Assembly: GCA_002269645.1 (NCBI GenBank)
Contig: NIVC01000124.1
Coordinates: forward strand, 1 to 64,000
Source of the DNA: Macrostomum lignano
Lineage: Eukaryota
DNA: 64,000 bases
Reading direction: 5' to 3'
Shown here piece by piece: positions 46,701 through 59,100 of the stretch. The position numbers and the translations under genes are program-made. Position 1 is the first letter of the stretch. Each line of letters opens with the position of its first letter. The notes beneath the pieces were generated by a model. It had not been told where the DNA came from and made no database searches. It worked only from the letters and a program-made list of their open reading frames with translations.

Positions 46701-47399
46701 TTTTCTGGGCCACTGTCTCGCGTCACAACTAAAGCATCAATGGCTGCTGTATGAAACGGTCTCCTTGCTAGCAGAATGAAATTAATCAATCATAAACTGA
46801 TCAATATAGCATACAATGCGACGATCTGTGATGAACAAAAGCTACAATAGCACTGCCAGTGTACACACAAACACACTCTCTCCCTGACTCTGCCCATTTT
46901 TCTTTGTTAGCCTGCGTGTTTGATAGCGTCCAATGAATAAACCTGCTAACCCTTAACCCCTCTCGTTTCTGTCAGCTCTGAGACGGGAATTTAATAGTAC
47001 TTGACTTGCTTATGTACTATCATAATTATGCAGACATGTTGCTTCTTCTGTCTGCTGTCTACTGACTGTCTTTTCTGTTTTTTTTCTTTAGCTCTGCTTG
47101 TCAGATTTGCTTGCGTATGAGTAACAAAAACGAATTGCAAAATGGATTTTATTTCAGCTGCAGTGCTGCAATAGACTTAAATGGCTTTAGTTTGCTTGGC
47201 ATTACGAGCCTATTGTTCAATTAGAACAATGAACGTTTAGCGTGCTAAACCGCTATAACTACTTCGTAGGCGTTTGTCTGTTGAGTTTTGCGCTATTGTT
47301 TTGAAGTTGTTTTATAAATTGTATAAATCTTTTTCTACGCGCCACCTGAGCCAACCCAGTATATCTTCGATACAGCTCCTAGAAACTCTTTGTCGCTGC

Positions 47400-48090
47400 T
47401 TTGTTTTCCTCTGTCTTCCTTGGCTCTTCTTTGTCTCTCTTTATTCCCCTCTCTTCATTCCTCTCTCTATATTCCCCTCTCTTCCTTTCTCTCTCTACAT
47501 CCCCTCTTCATTTCTCTCTCTTTATTCCCCTCTCTTCATTCCTCTCTCTATATTCCCCTCTCTTCCTTCCTCTCTCTATATTCCCCTCTCTTCATTCCTC
47601 TCTCTTTATTCCCCTCTCCTCATTCCTCTCTCTTTATTCCCCTCTCTTCATTCCTCTCTCTTTATTCCCCTCTCTTCATTCCCCTCTTTCCCTTCCCCTC
47701 CCTTCCCCTCTCTCTTCCCCTCTCTTCATTCCCCTCTTTCCCTTTCCTTCTCCCTCTCTCTTCATTACCCTCTCTGCATTCATTCCCCTCTTTCCTCTAC
47801 CCTCTGCATTCCCCTCTCTTCATTAATTCCCATTTCTCCTTTTCTCTTCTTTACCCTCTCTTCATTCAATCCCCCTCTCCTTTCACATCTCTCCCTTCTT
47901 ATCTCTCCCTTCTTATCTCTCTCCTTTTCTTTATTACCCTCTCTTCATTACCCTCACTTCATTCATTCCCCCTCTCTCTTCCCCTCTCTGCATTTCCCTC
48001 TCTGCCTTTCTCTTCATTACCTTCTCTCCCGTCACTTTCTCCCCTCATCTTTTTATTATCCTCCATTTGTTTCCAGATTTGCCTTTCCTC
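47400..48090. repeat. CT-rich low-complexity tract (TTCCCCTCTCTTCATTCCTCTCTCTTTA units)
   Basis: Direct reading. Confidence 0.92.
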
Positions 48091-49309
48091 TGTACAGCAG
48101 GCGTCAAAATCATCCCTAGCAACTAGAGTTCCTCTGCACTTCTCCTAGCAACCAACAACCATCACTATCTATATCTAATATTTATCGTCATTATTCTTTG
48201 CTCGCCGCCAGCAATTATTTTCAAAATAGATAAAAATCGGCTTCCTAAATGTAGTTCCGCTTTTTAATATTAATTATTTTTTTTAACTTTAGTTTTATTG
48301 TCCATCAATGCTTGAACTATCCACTGTAGGTTCGCTCTGTAGTTTGGAAACCACCTCTCTATTTTTTAATTGTTTAAAACCGCTTTGTAGCCTACTAAAA
48401 GTAAATACTTGGAGTTCTTTAACTAATATTTCCATTACGTTCTCTCTGGCGCGTCTCCCCCCCCTCAATCGCGTTCGCTATTCTCGTCCTAGCCTAATGC
48501 GATGTTTTTTGCCTCAGTCTTGTGAATTGTTATTTATTCTTCGAGTCTTGCGTTGCTCTCCTACTTGCAGTAGTGCGTGTGCGTGTGCGTAGCCGCAGTG
48601 TAATAACCGGTCTAATTATTATATAGAATTTAGACATCTCGCCGCGATTGTCATACTTACTAATGCGCTCGATTTGAAAATGCTTGTCCTATTATATTGG
48701 GCCTGTCTGGCCGTGTGTTAGCCGTAGCAACTTATATTCAGCTCCTTTATATTACTTAATGCGTCACCATGGAAACTGTCCTGCGTTCCCCAGTTCTATT
48801 AATATAATTTTTCTAATATCAGGTAGGTTATAGTTTTTCTACAACTGTCCCACCCCTCGGCCCTTCGCCCAGCTGTGTCATTCATTCACGCGTCTCATCT
48901 CATATTTTCACATCGCGTTGCATTACTCTGCTGTTTTGTCTCCCTTTGATTGGTTGGGTGTGTGTGTCTGTTTTTCTCTGCTGATTTTCTCTCTTCACAG
49001 TTTCTTGAGCTTGTCTGTCTTCAAGACATGTTTTCTATAGTATGTGTACATTTTTAATTATTATTGTTACTATTATTATTCTTATAAAATAAAACCTGCA
49101 TCACTGAGAGAGTAGTGCGTTTCGTTTTTAGCAACCGACGAAAAATACCCGATTCGTGTGAGAAGAGAGATTTAATTGTATAATAACAACCACAGCACCG
49201 AAGGATGAAAATAAAACTGAAAAGAATTCAATGCATAAATTAATTGCTTTCTGCTTCAATACTGCGTTGCTTTAACTCATTGTTTTTTATTTAGTTGTTG
49301 CCTAGCTGA

Positions 49310-49980
49310 GCCTGTCCTGTCATGTCCTATCCTGTCCTGTCATGTCCTGTCCTATGTCCTGTCCTATAATGTCCTGTCCTATGTCCTGTCCTATCCTGTC
49401 CTGTCATGTCCTGCCCTGTCCTGTCATGTCCTATCATGTCCTGTCATGTCCTGTCATGTCCTGTCATGTCCTGTCCTATCCTGTCCTATCATGTCCTGTC
49501 ATGTCCTGTCCTGTCATGTCCTGTCATGTCCTGTCCTATCCTGTCCTGTCATGTCCTGCCCTGTCCTGTCATGTCCTATCATGTCCTGTCCTGTCATGTC
49601 CTGTCATGTCCTGTCCTATCCTGTCCTATCATGTCCTGTCATGTCATGTCCTGTCCTGTCATGTCCTGCCCTGTCCTGTCATGTCCTGTCATGTCCTGTC
49701 CTATCCTGTCCTGTCCTATGATGTCCTGTCCTATGATGTCCTGTCATATCCTGTCCTGTCATGTCCTGTCCTGTCCTGTCATGTCCTGTCCTATGTCCTG
49801 TCCTATAATGTCCTGTCATGTCCTATCATGTCCTGTCATGTCCTATCATGTCATGTCCTGTCCTGTCCTGTCCTGTCATGTCCTATCATGTCCTGTCATG
49901 TCCTGTCCTATCCTGTCCTGTCATGTCCTGTCTTGTCCTGTCCTATCATGTCCTGTCCTGTCATGTCCTGCCCTGCCCCA
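49310..49980. repeat. 5-bp-based satellite (TGTCC/TATCC/TGTCA)
   Basis: Direct reading; lies just upstream of the first DOCK coding exon found. Confidence 0.95.
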
Positions 49981-50128
49981 TCATTTTCTGCTTAATCATG
50001 TCCTGCCCTCCATTGTCGGCCATAAAAAAGGCAATAGTAATCCCTTAGATTTATGTAAATCAGCAAGTTAGTCACCCAGCCGCCAATGCTCAACCTGCTG
50101 CGCACCTGAGCCCAGCCAGCCCGCCCGC

Positions 50129-53100
50129 ATGCTCTCGGACATTCCCGACCCGGTTGAGGTCGAGGAGATTCTCTCCAGATCGCGCGGCATCCCAGAATCG
50201 TTGCAAATCCTGCACGGCTTCCCAACTGACGACGTCTCCGTGCTGCAGATCTCGCGGCCATGTCGCACCGAGCGCGCCTCGCAGCCGGACAAACAGCCAA
50301 CGGTGCCCTGCCTCACCAACATGTGCATCGCAGCTTATGCTAGAAATTTCACCGTACTGCATCGGGTCTACGAAAAGTGCAACAAACGGCACCATCTGGT
50401 GTCGCCTATAGACGGCTGCGGACAGCCTATAGTTGAGCAGGAATACGAGATTGATATGCCGAAAGAGCTGTCTAGCAGTCAGCAACTGCAGTTGAAACGT
50501 CAGCAGCAGCAGCAGCAGCAGTCTGCTCCTCGTCAGCGAGGAAGCTGGGGTCTCAGCATCAACGATTTGCGAGGAGCACCCGACGATCCATTGGTTACTA
50601 ATATTTTTACACCTGTCAGGCCTGAGGATTTGGATAGGCAGAATGCCTCTAGCAGGCAGGCCTCTAGGAAAGAAGCTTTATTCCCGTTGTACATTCATCA
50701 GGAGGTTGACCGGATTGTGGAACTGAGAGAGTCGGCGCCGCAACCCCAAGAGCTGTTTGGAAGGCGTCTGTTGGTAAGGAGTTTGGGATTTTTGGTTGCA
50801 GGAGTTTAGGATTTTTGGTATTATGGATTTGAGATTTTCGGTTTAGGGATTAGGGATTTTTTGTTTTAAGGATTTGGGATTTTTGGTATTATGGATTAGG
50901 GATTTTTTCTTTTATGGATTTTGAGATTCTCGGTTTTTAGAGATTTGGGATTCCTGGTTTTATGGATTTGGGATTTTTGGTTTTAGGGATTTGGGATTTT
51001 TTGTTTTTGTGATTTGTGATTTTTGGTATTAGAGATGATTAGAGATTTATGATTTTAAATATTTCAAATTTATGATTTTAGAGATTTAGGATTTAGGGTT
51101 TTTAGGGTTTTGGGAGTTTTGGTTTTAGGGATTTTCAGAGTTTTTGATTTTAGGGATTTGAGATTTTAGGTTTTTGTGATTTGGGATTTTTGGTATTAGG
51201 GATTTGAGATTTTCGGTTTTAAGGATTTTGGATTTATGGTTTTAAAGATTTCAATTTTATGGTTTTAGAGATTTGAGATTTATGGTTTTAGGGTTTTGGG
51301 ATCTTTGGTTTTAGGGATTTGAGATTTTTTGTTTTTGTGATTTGGGATTTTTGGTATTAGGGATTTGAGATTTATGGTTTTAAATATTTCAAATTTATGA
51401 TTTTAGAGATTTGGGATTTATGGTTTTAGGGTTTTGGGAGTTTTGTGTTAAAGATTTATTTTCGGGACTTTTCTGCGTTAGGGATAGGATTAGAGATCTG
51501 GGATTTTAGATTGTTTGAAAATTCATTTTGTCATTTATTTAAAATCACCCATATTATCCCTCTCGCACAGGTGAGGTGCAGCCACTTCAAGCTCATCGAA
51601 GAGGAAATCGACCCGATATTCGCCACAATGGCGCTCTACGACTTGTCCGCCCGTAAGAAAGTGTCGGAAAATTTTCATTTCGACACCAATTCGGAGGAGT
51701 TAAAAGGCCTATTGAGCGGCCATATCAAGCTGCAAGATCCCTGCTCTTTATCCAAAGCTTGCGTGCTCAACTTGAGCGTCGCTTCACCAGATCTATTTTT
51801 GGTCATCCGCCTGGAGAAGGTGCTGCAACAGGGCGATATTAACGACGTATTTGATGGCTATCTGAGGGCCAGCGATCCCAGGCAAAGGGAGAAATTGCGG
51901 GCTGCTGCTGCTAGAGATTGCCAGCGCTTGGGCAGGTGAGATTTTCAAATTGTCACTCTCTTATTTGGAGTGAGATTTGGAGTGAGGTTTTCAAATTGTC
52001 ACTCTCTTATCTGGAGTGAGCTTTTCAAATTGTCAGTCTCTTATCTGGAGTAAGGTTTTCAAATTGTCACTTTCTTATCTGGAGTGAGATTTTTAAATTG
52101 TCGCTCTTTTCTGGAGTGAGGTTTTCAGATTGTCACTCTCTTATGTGGAGTGAGATTTTCAAATTGTCACTCTCTTATCTGAAGTGAGGTTTTCAGATTG
52201 TCACTCTCGCACCATTTCTCAAGGTACCGAATGCCCCTGGCCTGGACTGCCGTAGATCTAGTCCAGTGTATCCTAGATTCCGAAAGGGAATCGAGCCCAG
52301 GACCTGCCAGCCTAGGCAGCGGAGGCAACGATTATTTGGCAGCCAGTGCAGCCACTGCCCCAGCTTCCTCAGCTGCCGCTTCATCAGTTGCTAACCAGTC
52401 ATCCAGCGCCAGCTCTGTCGGCGGCGGCGGCGGTGGCAGCTTCGGTGCCGGCAGCGGCGGTGGGGGACTTCGCAACCGTCGGGCGGCCAACATGGTGGAC
52501 GATTTCCTTCGCCGCGGCAGCAGTCAGGAGAACTCGAAACGAGCCAGCATCACCAGCGACGATCTGGACCGGGCGTTTGACAATTTGAAGTGCATCAGTT
52601 TGACGGTGAAAAGTTTCTTTAAACAGGAGCAGGACAAGATCAGCGAGGAGGATCTATTCAAGTATCTAAACGATTTGCGTCGGCCGTCTAGTGTGCTCAA
52701 AAAGTTGAAGAATATTGGCGGCAAAATGGTGCTCAACTTGCAGACCTGCCCGTACGATTTGGATTTGAAGTGCGCTCTGACGCCAGAACTGCTCAAGGTT
52801 GGTGCAGGTAGCTTGTAACTGTTTTTGGTCTGGCTTATGACCTGTAGATTAGAGACGGTTATGACCTACAGATTAGAGAGGGTTGTGACCTGTAGATCAT
52901 ACAAGATTATGGCCTGTAGATCATACGAGATTATGACCTGTAGATCATACTAGATTATGACCTGTATATAATACAAGATTGTGACCTGTAGATAAATCAA
53001 GATTGTGACCTGTAGATCATACGAGATTATGGCCTGTAGATCATACTAGATTATGACCTGTAGATCAAACAAGATTATGGCCTGTAGATCATACGAGATT

Positions 53101-56100
53101 ATGACCTGTAGATCATACAAGATTATGGCCTGTAGATCCTACAAGATTATGGCCTGTAGATCCTACAAGATTATGGCCTGTAGATCATACGAGATTATGA
53201 CCTGTAGATCATACAAGATTATGACCTGTAGTTCATACAAGATTGTGACCTGTAGTGCATACAAGATTATGACTTGTAGATCTTACTAGATTATGACCTG
53301 TAGATCAGAGAGGTTATGACCTGTAGATCAGAGAGGGTTATGACCTGTAGATCAGAGAGGGTTATGACCTGTAGATCAGAGATGGTTATGATCTGTAGAT
53401 CAGAGAGGGTTATGACCTGTAGATCAGAGAGGGTTATGATCTGTAGATCAGAGAGGGTTATGACCTGTAGATCAGAAATGGTTATGATCTGTAGATCAGA
53501 GGGTTATGACCTGTAGATCAGAGAGGGTTATGACCTGTAGATCAGAGAGGGTTATGACCTGTAGATCAGAGAGGGTTATGACCTGTAGATCAGAGAGGGT
53601 TATGACCTGTAGATCAGAGAGGGGGTTATGACCTGTAGATCAGAGAGGGTTATGACCTGTAGATCAGAGAGAGGGTTATGACCTGTAGATCAGAGAGAGG
53701 GTTATGACCTGTAGATCAGAGAGGGTTATGACCTGTAGATCAAAGAGAGGGTTATGACCTGTAGATAATAGAGACTACCCGATGACAAGCCATACTATAA
53801 ATCATAAACAATCATCCCACCCCTTGCCCAGGTGCATCCATTCTGCGATCTGAAGTCCGCTCCAATTCGAGAACTGGCCGAGTTCCCAGCTCAGCCGCTG
53901 TACCAGCCGCACTCATTCTACCGCAACCTGTTATATGTGCACCCTAAAAGCATCAACTTCAGTAGCAAGCAAGGCTCCGCACGAAATGTTGCACTAAAAA
54001 CCGAACTAGTACACTTTGACGGGCAGAGAGCAGTTGCTCAGAGATTAATCTACGGCAAATCCAGCTGTCCAGCCTTTGTCACCAGCCAGTTCAGTCCGGT
54101 ATTGTATCACAATAAATCGCCAGACTTCTACGATGAAATTAAAATTGAATTGCCAGGCGATCTTAGCTCCGGTCACTATCTGCTGTTCTCATTCTTTCAT
54201 ATTAGCTGCCAGCAGAGAAAAGGTGGTGAGGACAATGGTCAGTTGGAGACGCCTCTTGGCTACTCTTGGCTGCCATTGTACCGGTCTGGGGTGCTCAGCC
54301 TTGGCAACTACAGTCTGATGGTCAGCGCCGATGAGCCTAGCACCTCAATGTGCAGCATTGTACCCGAACTAGGCGAAGTAGCCGACAAATGTCCGTCTGA
54401 TAGGCCTCGCTGGGTTGACAGTCACCGGGAGCTATTCCGGGTCACCGTATCGTCATTGAGCACAGTGCACACTATCGATACTCATCTTAATCTGTTCTTT
54501 AAAGCTTGCGTCTGCGCCCAGCTGGGCCAGCCGTGCTCTACGGAAGCTCTGCAAGACGCTATCAACGGTTTAATGCTAGCCGATATGGAACAGCTGGTGC
54601 AGCTATTGCACATAGTTATTGATAGACTGATGCAACTGGTGCTGCATCCAGCCCAGGTGCCATCCGACCGGCCTAGCCAGATTCCCTTTGCCGGTCTGGC
54701 CCGTCTTATTGGCCGTATAGTTCAAACCTTCCCCGAGCGATCCGATATTCACGGCCGCAACTCGCTACTAACAGGCTATATTAAGTATGCCGGCACTCTT
54801 GGCCAGCAGGGCGGCTTATTGAAATTAGTTCACGAAGAACTTGTACTGCAGATTATCTTAGCCGAGCCGACTGTCCGAGCTTCTGTCGCTGAGAATGCCT
54901 GGTTCTTTCTCGAAACTCTAATTAGAGCTATGCACGACTACTTAGCTGTGGAGCCGCACCTGTCGTTGCCTAGGCAACGGAGATTCTCTCAACAATTTGT
55001 AGCCGATGTCGGCACTTTAGTCACGCTATTAACCAGATCCGTACTGGTAGCCGACCGAACCGCTATCCGTCTCAATCGGGCTCTAGCCTTCTTTCTCTGC
55101 GACTTATTCAGCGTGATGGACCGTCTGGCCGTGCTGCAGCTTGTCCAGCAATATTTCCGGGCCGTCAACGCTTGCCTGGAGGCTGCTCCAACTAGCACTA
55201 ATCACGGAAAACTGTCCGCCTGTAAAATTGATTTCCTACGCATTATAACTTCGCACGAGCACTATGTGCCATTGAATATTCCGTTGATGGAGCCGGAGAT
55301 TGCCAGTGAGCTGTCCGATCAGTATAGGCGCAGTCACTACCTGTCCGGTTTGGTGCTGTCCGAATTGAAAATTGCACTACGCTGCGGCGGTCCAGACTTG
55401 CAAAGCAAAGCCGTCTGCCTGTTGTGGAATCTGCTAGCCAGTCACGAAGCCGACTCGCGCTATCCGGCCTCTCTACCGGCTATTCGCGGCCGTGTGGCCC
55501 AGCTGTATTTGCCGCTATTAAAAATTGCCGAAGGTGTCATACATTTGATTGGCATTGGAATTGGCGGATTCGCCACTCACGGAGGCGGCGTTAGCGCCAA
55601 CGGCGGTCTGGCCGGGATCAGCGATTTGGCTACTCCGGCCACGCCAGCTGACGATATTGGCCGGTTCGGCTTTCCGGAGCCTTCTACTGAGAAGCAGCAA
55701 TTGCTTCAGGCTCCAAAGCCAAAGCAGCGACCGCTATCGGATGATACCAGCAGGCACCTTCTGCTCTGTTGTCTTTGGCTGGTTAAGAATCTGGATAGGC
55801 GCGTTGCTGCGACGTTTCTGCGGTCTCTGTCTGTGCATCGAGTGCAGCGGCTCCTGCATCTGCTCATGGTGAAGGCTCTTTCGCTGCTACCTTCTGGGCG
55901 TCTTCATTGGCTTTCTGGGGTTCTTCAGTAGCTATCTTTTGGGGTTCTTCAGTAGCTATCTTTTGGGGTTCTTCAGTAGCTATCTTTTGGGGTTCTTCAG
56001 TAGCTATCTTTTGGGGTTCTTCAGTAGCTACCTTCTGGGGTTCTTCAGTAGCTACCTTCTGGGGTTCTTCAGTAGCTACCTTTTGGGGTTCTTCAGTAGC

Positions 56101-59100
56101 TACCTTTTGGGGTTCTTCAGTAGCTATCTTTTGGGGTTCTTCAGTAGCTATCTTTTGGGGTTCTTCAGTAGCTATCTTTTGGGGTTCTTCTGTAGCTACC
56201 TTTTGGGGTTCTTCAGTAGCTATCTTTTGGGGTTCTTCAGTAGCTATCTTTTGGGGTTCTTCAGTAGCTACCTTTTGGGGTTCTTCAGTAGCTACCTTTT
56301 GGGGTTCTTCAGTAGCTACCTTTTGGGGTTCTTCAGTAGCTATCTTTTGGGGTTCTTCAGTAGCTACCTTCTGGGGTTCTTCAGTAGCTACCTTTTGGGG
56401 TTCTTCAGTAGCTATCTTTTGGGGTTCTTCAGTAGCTATCTTTTGGGGTTCTTCAGTAGCTACCTTTTGGGGTTCTTCAGTAGCTATCTTTTGGGGTTCT
56501 TAAGTAGCTATCTTTTGGGGTTCTTCAGTAGCTACCTTTTGGGGTTCTTCAGTAGCTACCTTTTGGGGTTCTTCAGTAGCTATCTTTTGGGGTTCTTCAG
56601 TAGCTATCTTTTGGGGTTCTTCAGTAGCTATCTTTTGGGGTTCTTCTGTAGCTACCTTTTGGGGTTCTTCAGTAGCTACCTTTTTGGGTTCTTCAGTAGC
56701 TACCGTCTGGGTTTCTTCAGTAGCTACCTTCTGGGATTCTTCAGTAGCTACCTTTTGGGGTTCTTCAGTAGCTACCTTTTGGGGTTCTTCAGTAGCTACC
56801 TTTTTGGGTTCTTCAGTAGCTACCCTCAAGGCTCCTTCAGTAGCTACCTTTTTGGGTTCTTCAGTAGCTACCCTCAAGGCTCCTTCAGTAGCTACCTTTT
56901 GGGGTTCTTCAGTAGCTATCTTTTGGGGTTCTTCAGTAGCTATCTTTTGGGGTTCTTCTGTAGCTACCTTTTGGGGTTCTTCAGTAGCTACCTTCTGGGA
57001 TTCTTCAGTAGCTACCTTTTGGGGTTCTTCAGTAGCTACCTTTTGGGGTTCTTCAGTAGCTACCTTTTGGGGTTCTTCAGTAGCTACCCTCAAGGCTCCT
57101 TCAGTAGCTACCTTTTGGGGTTCTTCAGTAGCTACCTTTTTGGGTTCTTCAGTAGCTACCGTCTGGGTTTCTTCAGTAGCTACCTTCTGGGATTCTTCAG
57201 TAGCTACCTTTTGGGGTTCTTCAGTAGCTACCTTTTTGGGTTCTTCAGTAGCTACCTTTTGGGGTTCTTCAGTAGCTACCTTTTGGGGTTCTTCAGTAGC
57301 TACCTTTTGGGGTTCTTCAGTAGCTACCTTTTTGGGTTCTTCAGTAGCTACCTTTTTGGGTTCTTCAGTAGCTACCTTTTTGGGTTCTTCAGTAGCTACC
57401 CTCAAGGCTCCTTCAGTAGCTACCTTTTTGGGTTCTTCAGTAGCTACCCTCAAGGCTCCTTCAGTAGCTACCTTTTTGGGTTCTTCAGTAGCTACCCTCA
57501 AGGCTCCTTCAGTAGCTACCTTTTTGGGTTCTTCAGTAGCTACCCTCAAGGCTCCTTCAGTAGCTACCTTTTTGGGTTCTTCAGTAGCTACCCTCAAGGC
57601 TCCTTCAGTAGCTACCTTTTTGGGTTCTTCAGTAGCTACTCTCAAGGCTCCTTCAGTAGCTACCCTCAGGAGTCCTTCAGTGGCTGCGTCAGTCAGTACA
57701 ATTCGATTTCAGTACGCACTAATTGCCCATGCTCCTAACTCCCGCAATTTCGTTAATCCCAGGTGGCCTGCGCCAGTTTCGAATACCGCGGTCGCCAGCC
57801 AAACAGCCGACAATCGAACGGCAGCAGCCTGCTGATGCAGCAGCGCAGCGCTCAGGTCAAGCTGAAACTTGAAGAGAAATTCCTTGGGAGCGCCGGCGAC
57901 TCTGCCGATGCCGCCCTGTCGCAGCAGCAGCAGCCGCCGCCGCCGCCGCCGCCGCCGCCTCCGCCGGGAAGCGGCAGCAACCGACGCAAGAGCATCGGCT
58001 CCATCCTGACCATGCCGCACAGCCAGTCTGAGAACGCCCTGGCTGCCGCCGCCGCCAACAACAATGCCTCGCTAGCAATGGCTGGCCAACAGAGTGCCGC
58101 TGCTTCGGCTAACAGCAGCAGCTCGAATCGGCTGCGACTCGCTGCTGCTCGTAAGGAAGCCGCCGCCACCATTGCCGCCGCCAATTCGTCTGTACCGCCT
58201 CCGCCGCCTTTGATCTCGCCGCCGCCGCCTCCGCCGCCAACTTTGCCAGTTAATGCGCAGTTGAATTCGGCTAGATTACACTACGATCCTGTGCTGGAGG
58301 GCAATCTGTCATTAGAAGTGACTTTGACAGCTTTGGATACCGCTGAGCTGATTATGACTACGTTTCAGGTGAGAATCTGCTTTTTTGAAGGTGGTGTACA
58401 TCCTTGACGATTAGAAAGTCAAAAAGGCCGCTGCACGCCCAGTAAGTGGCGTTAATTGCTGAGCTCTGTACTAACCGCGGCCGACTCAGCTTAACTTGCA
58501 CTATTATAGTATCTTATTAGTGCTTCTACAATTAAACATACTAGAATAACTAAATGGGCCACTCAGGCACAATACTTAGTAAAACAGCTTTCTACGAGTA
58601 TAAGAATAAAGGCAGCTGAGATGACTGAATAAATTTAGAAGCCCAAGCTTGCAGGCGTTAACAACTTGCTAATTAATTGGTTCAGCAATAATGTACATTG
58701 GCCAGTCCACTTAAATGTAAATAGCAGCTTTAGGCTGGAATTCCGATAAAGGCAATATAAATTGGGGCGCGGCGGGGGGACTTTGATAAGTTTAGAAGCC
58801 CAAGCTTGCAGGCGTAAACAACTTGCTAATTAATTGGTTCAGCAATACTGTACATTGGCCAGTCCACTTAAATGTACATAGCAGCTTTAGGCTGGAATTC
58901 CGATAAAGGCAATATAAATTGGGGCGGGCGGGGGTAGTGTGGAAAGGCGCAGCTGGAGAGTTGAAGCCTGGGGTTAACGGCAAATAAATTTGCCTTTGGC
59001 TTTAAAAAATACATTAAAATGCTTCTGTTTAACTTACTACTGAACTAAAAGTAGCTTAGACGCAAATGTACTGAGTGGCCTATCTAGTTATTCTAGTAGT

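Noticed and set aside
45450-46732. Three ~400-aa ORFs in all + frames, and similar ORFs at 7062-7876, 13229-14143, 35423-36499, 42407-43955, 49342-50071 and 63072-63980
   Set aside because: Minisatellite artefacts with no domain content.
48560-49300. First DOCK exon (MAERRAF-like)
   Set aside because: No ORF with a suitable donor and N-terminal similarity was found; left unannotated.
55907-57835. Long ORFs on both strands (599, 383, 381 aa; VATEEPQK repeats)
   Set aside because: They are translations of a stop-free 24-bp array inside a DOCK intron whose flanking exons join in frame.
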